From: the human T2T-CHM13v2.0 reference genome, Homo sapiens
Reading direction: 5' to 3' (one strand)
DNA length: 64,000 nt
NCBI RefSeq assembly: GCF_009914755.1
Contig: NC_060932.1
The position numbers were made by a program, and so were the translations under genes. Below the pieces are notes generated by a model. That model had not been told where the DNA came from and did not search any database. It saw nothing but the letters and a program-made list of their open reading frames with translations. The first letter of the stretch is position 1. Each line of letters begins with the position of its first letter. Positions 14,982 through 28,082 of this stretch are shown here, piece after piece.

Positions 14982-17377
14982 TGTGTTAGGCCATTCTTGT
15001 TTGCTATAAAGGGATACCTGAGGCTGGGTGATTTATAAAGAAAAGAGATTTAATTGGCTTATGGTTTTGCAGGCTGTACAAGCATGATGCTGGCATCTGC
15101 TCAGCTTCTGGGGAGGCCTCAGGGAGCTTTTACTCATGGCAGAAGGTGAAGCAGGAGCAGGCATGTAGGCATATCACATGGCCAGAGCAGGAGCAAGGGG
15201 ATGGGGAGGTGACACACTTTTAAACAAGCAGATCCCTTGAGAACTCATTCATTAGTGCAAAGACAGCACCAAGCCATGAGGAATCTTCTGCCGAGACCTA
15301 AACATCTCCCACCAGGTCCCACCCCAACACTGGAGATTACATCTCAACTTGAGATTTGGGCAGAGACAGATATCCAAACCGTATAATTCCTTTCCTGGCC
15401 CCCACAAATCTCATGTCCTTCTCACATTGCAAAATACAGTCATGCCTTCCCAATAATCCCCCCAAATCTTAACTCATTCCAATATTAACTCAAAAGGCCA
15501 AAAAGCCCAAAGTCTCACCTGAGAAAAGGCAAGCCCCTTCCACCCATGAGCCTGTAAAATATAAATCAAATTATATACTTATAAGATACAATGTGAGTAT
15601 AGGTATTAGGTAAGCATTCCCACTCCAAAATAGAGAAATCAACTAAAAGAAAGGGGCTATAGTCTCCGTACAAGTTCAAAACGCAGCAGGGCAGTCAAAA
15701 TCTTACAGCTCCAAATACTCTCCTTTGACTCCATGTCCAAAAACCAGGGCACACTGGTGCAAGGGGTTGGCTGCCAAGGCCTTGGGCAGCTCTGCCTCAG
15801 TGGCTTTGTTGGGTGCAGCCCTCTTGGCTGCTCTCATATGTTGGAGTTGAGTGCCTGTGGCTTTTTCAGGTGCAAGGTGCCAGATGCCATGGATCTACTG
15901 GGGTCTGAAGGATGGTGGCTCCACAAGGCAGTGCCCCATGGGGACTCCACGGGCCTCCAACTCCACATTTCCCCTCTACACTGCCCTAGTAAATGTTCTT
16001 TGTGAGGTCTCTGTCCCCACAGCAGGCTTCTGCCTGGGCACCCAGGCTTTCTCATACATCCTCTTAAATCTAGGTGGAGGCTACAGAGCTTCCTTTACTC
16101 TTGGACTTTGTGCACTTACAGGCTTAAGATCACATGGGAGCCTCAAGGCTTATGGCTTGCACCTCTGAAGCAGCAGCCCCAGCTGTATCTGTGCCCCTTT
16201 GAGCCAAGACTGGAGCCAGAGCAGCCAGGATGTGGGGAGTAGTATCTGGAGGCTGCACAAGGAAAGAGGCCGTGGGCCTGGCCCACAAAACCACTCAGTC
16301 CTTCTAGGCTTCAGAGCCTGTGATGTGAGGGGCTGCCTCAGAGATCTATGAAACACCTTTGAGGCCTTTTCCACATTGTCTCAGCTATCAGCACTGAGCT
16401 CCTTCTTAGGCAAATCTCTCTAGCAAGTGGTTGCTCCACAGCCTGCTTGAATTCCTTTCCTGAAAAAGATTTTTCTTTCTCTGTTACATAGCCAGGCTAC
16501 AAATTTTCCAAACTTTTGTGCTCTGTTTCCTGTTTAAATATAAATTCCAACTTTAAGTCATTTCTTTGCTCCCACATGTGAGCACAGGTTGTTAGAAGGA
16601 CCCAGGCCACATCTTGAACACTTCTGCTTAGAAATTTTTTCCATCAGGTACCCTAAGTCATCACTCTTAAGTTTAAACTTCCACATATCTCTTGGACATG
16701 GGCAGAATACAGCAAAGCTCTTTGCTAATGCATAGCATGGGTGATCTTTGCTCCTGTTCCCAATAAATTCCTCTTTTCCATCTGAGGCCTTGGCAGCCTG
16801 GCCTTCACTGTCTATGTCACTATCAGCATTTTGGTCATAACCATTTAACCAGTCTCCAAGAAATTCCAAACTTTCCCTCACCTTCTTGTCTTCTTCTGAG
16901 TCTTCCAAACTCTTTCAACCTCTCCCTGTTACCCAGTTCCAAAGCTGCTTCCACATTTTCAGTTATCTTTATAGTAATGCCTCACTCCTCAGTACCAATT
17001 TTCTGTTCTAGGCCATTCTTTCATTGCTGTAAAGGAATGCCTGAGGCTGGGTAATTTATACAGGAAAGAAGTTTTCTTGCTTCATGGTTTTTCAGGCTGT
17101 ACAAGCATGGTGCCAACATCTGCTCAGCTTCTGGGAAGGCCTTGGGGAGCTTTTATTTGTGGTGGAGTGTGAAGTGGAAGCAGGCACATCACATGGCCAG
17201 AGCAGGAGTGAGAGGGGGTGGGAGGTGTTTTAAACAACCAGATCTCATGAGAACTCACTCAATATTGTGAGAACAGCACCAAGCCATAAGGGATCCTCCC
17301 CTAAGATCTAAATGCTTCCCACTAGGTCCCACCTCCAACACTGGGTTTGGGCGGGGATAAATATCCAAATTATATCA
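14982..17377 (-). mobile_element. Complete MSTB-like MaLR element: LTR (14982-15386), ~1.6-kb internal region, LTR (17004-17377)
   Basis: Two direct LTR copies (TGTGTTAGGCCATTCTT../TGTTCTAGGCCATTCTT.. through ..ATATCCAAA). The MST-int internal sequence includes the decayed frame MEDSEEDKKVRESLEFLGDWLNG (16558-16908, -). Confidence 0.92.
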
Positions 17378-17759
17378 AGAATCTATTTTTTTTTTGCAGT
17401 TTTGCAAAGAAAAACTGCAAAGATTTTATGGCCACATTTAAATGGCCACAGACACTTTATACTCAACATGCCCCTAACTGATTTGCTAAATTTTCTGTTT
17501 AAATTCACATAGTCTCCCTGGCCAGAAATCTAACAGCAATTATTGACAATCCTCCTTTACTTACCAAGTGAAATTATCTTCAGATTCTGTCAATTCTGTG
17601 ATTACACATTCTATCGAATCTGTTATTTCCTCTCCATCCCCTTAGCTTCATAGTGTCTTGCATGCAGCTTCAAACTAAAACTCCAATTTTGCCTCTGTAA
17701 TTATTCTCAATATTGGTATCATAGTGATCTTTCTAAAGTGCAAAATGATCATAATACAT

Positions 17760-18267
17760 TGTAGTAAATATATACCTTTTTTTATAAAGTTATTTTTGTT
17801 GTCTAGCATCTGAACCTCATTCCCTGGTTGACCTATTTTGCCTCTTGTTTTTGAAGGTAAAAAGAATTGTCACTGTTTTCTCAGCCTTTTGCAGCTGAGG
17901 TGCATAACCTGTGCTAGCCCAATCAGACATGCCTGCTATAGAATTAGAATCCAAAGCAAAAGTGGCAGCAATATCCAGTCTCCAAGGTAATAGTGTCAGG
18001 AGTGGCTTCCAGGGTCCAGTGCTGTAGGTAGCAGTGGTGGTAGTTCCAGTGCCCAGAGGTCAGATATAGAGCTTCAGTCTCTTGCCCAACCAGTTTTATA
18101 TCATGAACCAGCTGCCCTTTGTTCCTGGCTATTTTCTGAGCCTGGTTCTCTGACTTGTAGATGAATCTGTGTGCCACCCAATAGCTTTTCAATATATCGT
18201 TTTTCTTTTCTTCTTAATTTGACCAGAGTATTTCTGCTGCTTGCAACTCAGAACTCTGCCTCATACA
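17760..18267 (+). mobile_element. Old ERVL solo LTR (LTR33-like)
   Basis: TG..CA termini; internal CTCAGCCTTTTGCAGCTGAGG and GCCCAATCAGA; end CCAGAGTATTTCTGCTGCTTGCAACTCAGAAC. Confidence 0.55.
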
Positions 18268-19049
18268 TTCTTGCTTCAAAATTTTTAATGGATCCTTCAT
18301 GAACTAATATTCAGAAAACATTTTTGAATGAATTATTGAATTTCGTTTCTGACTTCCAGTGGTGTGCAATTTATGGAGGGAGGAGACACTCATAAAAATG
18401 AAAAAAAATTCATAATGTTATTGTCAGTATTTTAGAGTTGGATAAATCATAATGGCTAGATGTAGTGCTCTTTGGGCAAATATGCTATGTTGGTGCTGTT
18501 AGAGAAGTACCATTGTGGGCTAGACCCTTAGGACTAGCATTTAAGAGATTTCTGGGACATATAAAACATGTTCAGTTTTAAGAGAAATACAGTAATTCCC
18601 ATTCTTACTAATAAAATGTTGTATAGAAAGCATCATTTAATCAATTAAGCATGATCACAATATGGAGCAATGGCAAGGAAAACAAGGCAGGTGGTGCCAC
18701 TTTCTATTTTAAATCACAACAGATTTATGCTGACCTAATCATGTAGGCACTATTTGGGTAGAGCTGGCTTACTAATGACAAACATGCATTCATAATTCCA
18801 CATGGAATTATGAGATTTCGAGAGATTTCCAGAAATGTCATTCTATTTCAGCTGATTCATGTTGAGCTAGGTCTTTACTGGTTGAAAGTACAAAGATACA
18901 CACTATTTACTGCTAAATGAATGCAACAAGAAGCAAGTATAATAGTGGGTTAGAGAACTTGTATAGATAATATCTTAATTTCATATTAATATTTCTTTTC
19001 TATTTATTATACTTTTGAATACATATACTGGCAATATTTTGTGAACCAG

Positions 19050-20040
19050 AGAGAACAAAGAAAATCTATTAGAGAGGTCAGACTTGAGTTGGGTTGTGAA
19101 GCATGGCAAGGATTTAAATATTATGAATATGTAGAGAGACTAAGGAGGTCATTAACGAGTGGAGAGTGAACCGGACAAAAAGTATGGAGGTGGAACTATG
19201 ATTGTCATGTTACGATGGCAGTAAAATTCCAGCTTAGTTCACGAGGATTAAAATAATGCAGTAGTTGGAGAAGGGGTTGGGGAAGGTAAAATTAAGGATA
19301 AAGAATTGCCATTGACAGTTTCTCAGTGAAGGAAGAAGAATGTAATGTCTAGAAGGGTAAATTTGACAGTTGTGTCCATGACAGATGGAAGAAGGTCATG
19401 AACTAATATTATTTCATTAGTGTTGGAGGTCAAGAAGAGTAGATGCAGTGGTTACTATTATTATCACCTCATGGGGTTATTGTAATGATCACTTCACAAG
19501 GAAGTGGTTGTAAATCAGGTAATAGAAATGAAAGGAAACAGAGGATTTTAAAGACATTGTGAAGCATAAATTCACAGAATTTAACAATAAGAAGCCAAGG
19601 GAAAATAAGTGAAGAGTTGGACAATGAGTTTAATGGTTTATCACTGGGGAGAAGAATAGTCCCACTAATAGACAGGAAGTCAGAAGAGGACAATCAATTT
19701 TAAAGACAAGAAGACAAATCCAGTTGCAGCTATGTTGACTTTGAGCATCCATGTGGAAACGCTCAAGTGCCATTTGTATATTGTACCCTAGGAGAGATAT
19801 TCAGGGCTGGAAAAAAAAGATTTGAAAGCCATCCTCATAGACAAGATGATTTGATATGGGATGAATGAACCAAGAGAATAAAAAGCAGATCTCTTGGAAA
19901 GGATCAATCATAAGAGATAAAAGGAGAAAGAAAGCAGAAGGGATTGAGAAAGAGCTATCTGAAAAGATGGTAGAAAAGTGAAAATAAAACCTGGATTTGA
20001 AGGGCTGCGGAGAGGTAGATTAATAATATCAAGTGCTATT
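19050..20040 (-). mobile_element. L2 fragments
   Basis: Purine-rich reverse L2 text (TGTTGACTTTGAGCATCCATGTGGAAA, GGAGAGATATTCAGGGCTGGA). Confidence 0.5.
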
Positions 20041-20079
20041 CCAGCATGTAAGCATCCTTGGAATTATTGCATTTATATC

Positions 20080-20841
20080 TGTATTAGTTTATATCTATTG
20101 GTACATAACAAAATATTTAAAAGCAAAAATAAACTTTTGCTATATCACACTGTTTCTGTGGATTAGGAATTCAGGAGTGGCTTAGCCGCATGATTTTGGT
20201 TTAGGGTATCTCGTGAGTTTGCAATCAAGATAGCGGCTGAAGTTGCAGTTATTTGAAGGATTGTCCAGGGCTGAAGTTTTGCTTCCAAGATGGCTGACTC
20301 ACATGTGTAGAAAGTTTGTGTCAGCTGTTGGCAGAAAGCAGTTTCTCTTCATATGTATCTTTCCATAGGCTACTTAAGTGTCCATGCAGCATGACAGTAG
20401 GAGTCTTTTAGAGTAATAGGAGAGAGAAACCAGGAGAAAAGCCACAATAGCTTGTATGACCTAGCCTCAGAAGTCCCACTCCATCATTTTTGCAATATCC
20501 GACTGGATGGATAAGCACAGGGTATAACCTCAATGAAATGTTCATTTTGAGGATACTATAAATTTTATCATTCATACTAGACCAGAACACATATTATTCT
20601 CTTGGAAAACTAGTCAAAGGGTGCCATCATTAATTAAGGAGTAGAACTAGATATTGATATCTGACCCCACTGTGTATATAGTCTTAGTAGTTTGCTATAT
20701 ATAAAAACAAAGAGTAAAATATACATGATTCTTATCTCAATGAGTTTAGTCAGGTCTATTCAGTATGGGAGGGGACTACACAAGGGTATGAAAACCAGGA
20801 GGTCACGATCACTGGGTGCCATCTTGGAGGCTGGCTACACA
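20080..20841 (-). mobile_element. MLT1F-type solo LTR split by a ~230-bp non-LTR insert (~20522-20748)
   Basis: GCTTCCAAGATGGCTGACTCACATG, ATGACCTAGCCTCAGAAGTC, and the terminal GGGAGGGGACTACACAAGGG...CCATCTTGGAGGCTGGCTACACA. Confidence 0.8.
20548..20749 (+). repeat. 202-bp direct duplicate of 21518-21719
   Basis: Ungapped manual alignment at offset 970 gives 16 mismatches in 202 bp (~92% identity). Confidence 0.97.
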
Positions 20842-21374
20842 GCATACCTCTTCCTGTTACCAAACAGGAACTTAGAAATATTTAGACTTTTCTATAAAGC
20901 TATTGACTTTTAGCAAATCAAATTGATGGAAGACTTTTGGATAATGAGAATAATACATTTTTTAAAATGAATTCTTTTCTTCTTTCCAGTCCATTAGATT
21001 TCATTGTCAATACATGTACTGGAACTTGTAACTTGGATTACAGTATTATGAAATAATTGGTGAAATCCACTAGGGTCAGTAACCATACACTAAAATTGTC
21101 CATCTTAATGAGACATTTAATGTAAAGCAGATGGATTAGTGATGTTTTCAGGCTCATTTGTTGAGTATTAATGCTTGCTTTCCTTGTCTTCCTAACAGTG
21201 TGAATGTAATCTCCTTTAAAGCTGCATTGATTTTTTATTATAATTTTATATTTAACTTTTTATAATTTTTAAAGTTTCTTCCCATATGATTAGTAGGTAA
21301 GGTCTCTATTAATAAATTAATGAATTAATTGAACTAATATTTAGTGAAAACGCAGATGGCATTTTCAAAATAGG

Positions 21375-21583
21375 CCATGGTTCTCAAATTTGAATGAATA
21401 AAGGAATCATCCAAAAAGTTTATTTACAAATATAGTTATCAGGGCCCCACCCTCAGAAACTAATTCATTAGGTCTGACATTGGACCTTGGAATGAGAATT
21501 TTAAACAAGTAAAATTATGAGGATACTATAAATTTTATCATTCAGACTGGACCAGAACACATACTACTCTCTTGCAAAACTGG
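21375..21583. mobile_element. MER5-type hAT-Charlie element
   Basis: TGGTTCTCAAA terminus, GGGCCCCACCCTCAGA, ATTCATTAGGTCTG and ATTTTAAACAAG. Confidence 0.65.
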
Positions 21584-21787
21584 TGAAAGGTTACCATCAT
21601 TAATTAACGAGTAGAACTAAATATTGATATCTGACCCCACTGTGTATATAGTCTTAATAGTTTGCTATATATAAAAACGAAGAGTAAAATGTATATGATT
21701 CTTATCTCAATGAGTTCAGACAGTCTCAAATAATACCTACATGCTGCAAGTTAAAAAAAAAACAAACAAAAAAAACAAAAAACCTTC

Positions 21788-22198
21788 TGTGTTAGTTTCC
21801 TGGTGTTGCTGTCAAAAAGCACCTACAAACAGAGTAGCATAAACAACAGAATTTAATTTTCTCACAATTCTGGAGGCTAAAAGTTTGAGATCAAGGTGTC
21901 AGCAGGATATGTTCTTTCTGAAGGCCATGAGGGAGACACCTGTTCTAAATCTCCCCTTGGCTTGCAGATGGCTGTCTTCTACCTGTATCTTCACATCATC
22001 TTCCCTCTATACCTGTTTGAATCCTAGTATCCTCTTCTTATAAGGACACTGATCATATTAGATTAGGGTGCACCTGAATGACTTCATTTTTACCTGGATT
22101 ACCTCTGTTAATATCCTACCTCTAAATAAGGTCTGACGTAATGAGGATTAAGACTTCAACATGTGAATTTTGGAAGGGGCATGCTTGAACTCGTAAGA
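21788..22198 (-). mobile_element. MLT1B/C-type solo LTR
   Basis: TTCTCACAATTCTGGAGGCT, GAGATCAAGGTGTCAGCAGG, TCTTATAAGGACAC and GACTTCAACATGTGAATTT. Confidence 0.8.
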
Positions 22199-22288
22199 AC
22201 CTCTATAAACTCTTTTGCAAAGCCACATTTTATTTACAGACTTTGGGATTGGGATTCAGAATCTGTAATAAGTAGTTTAGACTATAAT

Positions 22289-22303
22289 ACACACACACAC
22301 ACA

Positions 22304-22343
<40 letters not shown>
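22289..22343. repeat. (CA)n microsatellite with a short CGCG interruption
   Basis: About 55 bp of uninterrupted purine-pyrimidine alternation, directly visible. Confidence 0.97.
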
Positions 22344-22345
<2 letters not shown>

Positions 22346-23914
22346 CAAGATGGGCAAAGATCACTCGTCCCATAGACCGCTTTTGTAATAAAACTTTTTT
22401 ATGGTGGGGGGAGTATGGTGGAATTAGGATTGTGAGCAATATAAAGGGGTGAAATACCTTGTTCTTGCCCTTGAGGAGCTTATACTCAGAGGGCACCTAA
22501 AAAATACATGTGTGGGAAAACATGAAATAACAGGGCACAAATCTCTGCTGGTTGAGTTGAATTTAGCTTAGAATGTGACCAAATTTAATAAGTGATGATT
22601 TGGGTGGTTCAGAGGAGATGCTCAACAAATAGTATCCACTCTCACTTTAATACTATGCTAACCTGGTGTTCTTCCAGAAAGACTTTACATGAAACAAGTA
22701 AGAGTGGGCTATAAGCAAAGAGAAATGGCCTAGTAAAGTAAAATCAGTAGAGCATGTTTGTCTGGTATTGGTTATCTTGTTTATAATCTTGAGCAGTAGC
22801 AACTAAGTGGTTAATCAACTTTACTTTTAAAGTAAATAACATTATAAAGCTTTCCCTCACTATTTTCTTCATTTCTATCCTTTTATCTCTTTAAATATTG
22901 TCATATTACTATACATGATTTTGTAAATCCTCTCTATCTTTTGGAACAAGATGGGATATAAATGCAATAAAGCGTTCTGAAGGGATTGATTTATTTTGTT
23001 TGCCACAGAAAAATACTTTGTATGTCAAGTCAGCTTTCAAAAGCTTGAAACTGAAAATAGGAAATATGAGCGAAGGAAAGGTCAAATAATGGGTAAAACT
23101 AAATCATGTAATTTAGATAGGATTCTCTTTTTTTATAAGAGAGTGAAATTGTGTCAATTTAGTCAATTGTAGATTTAATAGGAAAAAAGGTCTCAGATCC
23201 ATAGCTGCATGTAATAAACTAAAACAGAAGCTAATAACAGTGATTTATGGGATTCCTCTTGATCCTGACATTTCATTATTTTTATACAGAAATAGCATTT
23301 CTGGTACATGTTTTTAGCATTTTGTTTCCTCATCTTGTTCTCAAATATATATACTGAAAACCATCTTGTTTTATAATTTTCTGACTTCTGTCAGGAAAAT
23401 AGTTGTACCATAAATAAAATTCTTGATCTATTTTCAATTGTGTTTCTCTACAAATCTTTTTGAAGGTCTGGGGGGAAATGGTGCATATATGAAACCTAGG
23501 ACTTAAAGCTTACTTCCTAAAAATTCTACACACAGAGACACATACACATAAACCATTTCGCTAAATTGGTATATGCAGTTTTAAAAGAGACAACAGAATT
23601 AAAGTGGTATGGCTTTAGGCTTCTTTTTCAACTGAGCTTTTATTTGTGTGTAAAAAATTTAATTATATTTTGAACGAATACAATTACTTAACTAGAGAAC
23701 AAAGTGTCACTTGTAGCAGAACACTTTATTAATAGGGTTTTTTTTCATTGACTAATTAGTTTTTTGTTTAATATAGGATCTCATCATAAGTGATACAAAG
23801 CACAGAATTTTTAAAAAAGATGAAGAATTTTTTTTGTGTGTGTGGCAAAAATCTCTGGCTTGTGTATTATGTCTCAGCTAAAAATTCATCATATGCTTTG
23901 ACTCCTAGTCCCCT

Positions 23915-24085
23915 ACTTTAGGGTAGTCGCTGTAGTCAGCTGGACCTGGGCTTAAATCTCTGCTTTGACACGGAGTTAGAAAAGGGTACTTTTATCTTTT
24001 TAAGAATTATTTTCCCCATCTGTAAAATGGAGATGACAATCTCCATTTTATAGGATTTAGGCATTACTGCTCATAGCATTTACTT
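23915..24085 (+). mobile_element. MIR fragment
   Basis: GACCTGGGCTTAAATCTCTGCT and the core TTTCCCCATCTGTAAAATGGAGATGA. Confidence 0.65.
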
Positions 24086-25052
24086 TCTAAAAATAGTTAA
24101 AGGGTTAATTAATTGATTGAAATTGAAGTTTAAAAAATAAGAATAATAAAATATTAGACTTGGAGGGAACATGGACATTAGATAGGCCAATTGCCCACTC
24201 CAAGCAAGCATCTCTTACTTTGTAGCCTGTACTTGAACACTGTCGAAGGGCATTCACCATCTGCCAGTGTAGTTGCCTCTACTATGAACTATCTTAGTTA
24301 CTCCCCAGATTTTCTGTGTCACTGTATGCATAAACTATTGACACGTTGCCTCAAAACTAACATTAGAAAAGGAGATAACCTTATTGCAACACATGGCTTG
24401 TGGACTTCACACTTGCAATGATATGGCTCACATAGCAAGGATAATATAGCAGCAGCGCCATAATATCTAAATGAAATATTGCATGCCTGGGAGCACATCC
24501 TTTAGAAAACAGATGGTTCTTTGTTGAAAACAAAATATGATTATGGTGTTTGCATGCAAGAAATCTTATACTGTCTACTTATAAGAATCAGACTAGTTGT
24601 AGCTGTTGGCATACAAAGTTTCTTCAGATGAGTAGAAAAATGTTCTACTCTTGACTATGCAACTGAGAACAATGAGATACAGGTAAAATATCTCTTTGAC
24701 GAATACCATTATGATGTCTAGATCTATGTAATAAACTAGTGCATTTACAGACTGGTTTCAATATACAATATTGGAACCAAAAAGCATAACTGATGCTATG
24801 TTCACCAGTCCTTGTCTATTTAAGAGTTTGTCTCCATAAATGTTGCTTTGACATTTACCATTGCGTTATAACTGAACTTTAATGCAATGGGACATTTCTA
24901 TAAAGCGTGAGAGGTTTGCATGAAGAATGACTACATTTGTAGGCAGAGGAGAGAGAGAGGATGAAGATCAGGTGAATTAGCAAAATCATGGAGGAGAAGA
25001 AAAGGGAAAGTGGTATCTTTAGTTGATAAATTAGAATACAATATCCTCTAAC

Positions 25053-25494
25053 TCAGTGGCTCTCAACTGGACTACTTTTGTCTCAAGCATTTGGAAAATC
25101 TAGAGACATTTAAGATTGTCACAACTGTGGTACTACTGGCATCTGTTGAGTAGAGGCCAGAGATGCTGTCAGACATCCTACAATGCACAAGACAGTCCCC
25201 ACAAAAAGAATTGTTTTGGCCAGGCGCAGTGGCTCACAACTGTAATTTCAGCACTTTGGGAGGCTGAGATGGTTGGATCACCTGAGGTCAAGAGTTGGAG
25301 ACCAGCCTGGCCAACATGGTGAAACCCTGTATCTATTAAAAATACAGAAATTAGCTGGGCATGTTGGCATACACCTGTTTTTGCAGCTACTTGGGAGGCT
25401 GAGGCAGGAGGATCACTTGAACCTGGGAGATAGGGTTTACAGTGCGATCATGCCATTGCACTCCAGCCTGGGTGACAGACCAAGACTCTGTCTC

Positions 25495-25528
<34 letters not shown>

Positions 25529-25575
25529 GAATTGTTTGGTTCAAAATGTCAATAGTGGCAAGACTGAGAACCCTG
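25053..25575 (+). mobile_element. MER20 hAT-Charlie element split by an Alu
   Basis: CAGTGGCTCTCAAC start, CTACTGGCATCT..GTAGAGGCCAGAGATGCTG..CATCCTACAATGCACA, and after the Alu AAAATGTCAATAGTG..TGAGAACCCTG. Confidence 0.85.
25218..25523 (+). mobile_element. Alu (old S/Jb type)
   Basis: Full dimer with an A/(AAAAG)n tail. TSD AAAAAGAATTGTTT at 25203-25216 and 25524-25537. Confidence 0.93.
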
Positions 25576-25727
25576 GAACTAGAGAGCCTGAACCACATCC
25601 CACTATGCGCATTGTATCAATAGATATCTATGAAAGTGGACTTATAATATAATACAGCAATTATTATATCGATCCCATCAGCTTTATTTCTTATGGAATT
25701 CTACCCAAATTCTATCATTGTAAAGAT

Positions 25728-26135
25728 GCATTCCCACTCACTGTGGGAGCAAAAAAACTTGGTCTCATGGAGACAGAGTAGAATGATACTTACCAGAGGC
25801 TGGGAAGGATGTGAGTGTGTGTGGAGAGGGAGATGAAGAGAGATTGGTTAATGGCATACAATTAGAAGAAATAAGTTCTAATGCTCAATGGTAGATTAGG
25901 GTGACTAAAGTTATCAACAATGTATTGTACATTGCAAGTAGCCAGAAGTGAAGACTTGAAATATATAGAAATGATAAATATATATATATATATAGAAATA
26001 TATAGAAATTATAAACGCTCATGGTGATGATTATCCTAAATACACTGACTTGATCATTGCAAATTCTATACATTTAAGAAAATATCACATGTACCATATA
26101 AATATGTAGAAAAATAATGTATCAATTAAAAATTA
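25728..26135 (+). mobile_element. L1MA-type 3' end
   Basis: GAGTAGAATGATACTTACCAGAGGCTGGGAAGG, CTGACTTGATCATT and AATATCACATGTACC..ATAAATATGTA, then an A-rich tail. Confidence 0.8.
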
Positions 26136-26864
26136 AAAATTTCTTTAAAAATTAAAAGAAGAAACAGCTAATGAAAATAAAGAAATAAAACTTAAGGTAG
26201 ATTAAATCTTCAAAACACCCACCAACTTCACCTATCTCTTTGGATTACTGCTTTTATTCTTTTGAACAATGAAGACTTCCCTTATTTTATGATAACTTAA
26301 AAATGCACCTAAAGTTATTTTTTACTGCCTTTCCAGGAGAGGGTGTTCATTATATCAGTTCACTTGGGTCATTCTACTGCAGGCTGGGGAAGTCGTCTCT
26401 TCCTCGAATGAAGAGAGCTAATGATGTTTAGATTCTCTCTGATCATCTTTACTGTCCACATGAGAGTGGTTAAAATTCTGACCTCTGCAGTTCTAACATT
26501 TCCATGTACATTATCCCTATTCAAATTTCAGAGTCTGGTGGACATTCATCTGATTTGGCACTGCTAGACCAAGGTTCTGTGGTCACCCTAGGAAACAATT
26601 CCATGAAATAGGAGTGACAGTCATATGTTCACGTTGGTACACACTCTGCATTTCTAAGCTAATGATAGGAAATGTTTTTCTCTGAATGTTACATGCAAAT
26701 AAGATTTTTACAGTGATAAAATCTATACCAAAGAAATAGTGACCTCAGAGCTGTCTTCCTCCAAATACAGCAAAAGAGCAAAAATATGCAGAAACCAAAT
26801 CTGTAAATACCTTAAGCCCATTTACATTCCTCGGGATTCCACAGATTGCCCTGGGCAATAGCAG

Positions 26865-27390
26865 TGTAGAAGAGGAAAGACTTTCCCTTTACTCTCTGAG
26901 GGTTTGATAATTGAGTCTATAAAATAAACTGACAGTAGCCAGATTAGCAGGAGAAGAGGTGTTCAAATTTATTACATGCATGGGGGCATCACGTGAAGGA
27001 AAAGTAAATACCCCAAAAAAAACCCTATAGAGAAGCTTATATACTCTCTTCACTGGGGAAAGGGGAGGAGGGATGTAGACAACTTAGGGGACAGTAAATG
27101 CTTTGGGAACAAGATAAATAAGTCCTCAGAAGAAAAGGTGACAAAAGTCTGTCTGTCTGGGCATGGGATTATCCAGTTTTCTCACCTGCAACTCAAGTAT
27201 AAGCTTCTCTGGTTGATGAGATTTCTGGGGAGAGGATTCAGAAAATTGCATTTCATATGGAGGATTTCTCTTTAGGTAGATAAGGGTAGTTCAGAGAAAG
27301 CCCTTCCCCACATTTGCTGTTCCCCAAGTGCCCTCAGTTTGAGGTCCAAACTGGCATATTTCAAGGTGGCGTTTCCTGAGAACTCCTTCA
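26865..27390. mobile_element. ERV1-class solo LTR (MER67/MER89-like)
   Basis: TGTAG..CTTCA termini; AATAAACTGACA..CAGATTAGCAGGAGAA; TGGCATATTTCAAGGTGGCG. Confidence 0.55.
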
Positions 27391-27644
27391 ACATAAAAAG
27401 CCAAGCAACGTGGTACGCACAGGTTATGGTAATTTAAGTTGTAAATATTGCAGCAGTAGCAAAGAAAACTAAACAAAATTTAGTTGCAAAATGATGATAA
27501 CGGCTGGGAGCTGGAGCAAATCACCTTAGCCTAGGAGAATTAGGGCTCAAGAGTTAAAAATAGGAAAAGTAGCTCAGAAACAGACCTAAAAGGAAATCAA
27601 CTATCTTCAGACCCTAGACTGTAGACCACATAATTCTCATCCAT

Positions 27645-28082
27645 TTGGTCAGTTATTACTGCACAACCATAACGTCTCAGTGCCATTCAACAATCAGTGC
27701 TTATTTTTCTTTTTCTTTCTTTCTTTTTTTAAAAAAAAAAATTTTTAATGAGTTTGCTGGTTGGCAGGAGTTAGTTTACCTGGGCTAGACTCAGCCAAGT
27801 AAGTCAACTTTGAACTACAGGTTTGGTTCTGGTCTTCATCCTGGGGCAAATAGGTATGCAGAGGAATCTTTTTCATGGCAATGTCAGAGGCACAAGAAGA
27901 CAACTATGCGAGCACATTTCAAGCTCCTGCTGATGTCATCATGTCTTTCAACGGGCCATTGGTCAAAGCAAGTTGCGGTGGCAAGCCCAAAGTCTAAAGA
28001 CAGAGTACATCACTCTTTCTATGGAGGTAGGGAGGAAGAAAGAATAATTTTAAGCATTCATAATAATCTGCCATATCATTTA
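27645..28082 (-). mobile_element. Old MLT1 (I/J-like) LTR
   Basis: GGTCAGTTATTACTGCACAAC, CATGGCAATGTCAGAGGCACAAGA and CCATTGGTCAAAGCAAGT. Confidence 0.55.
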
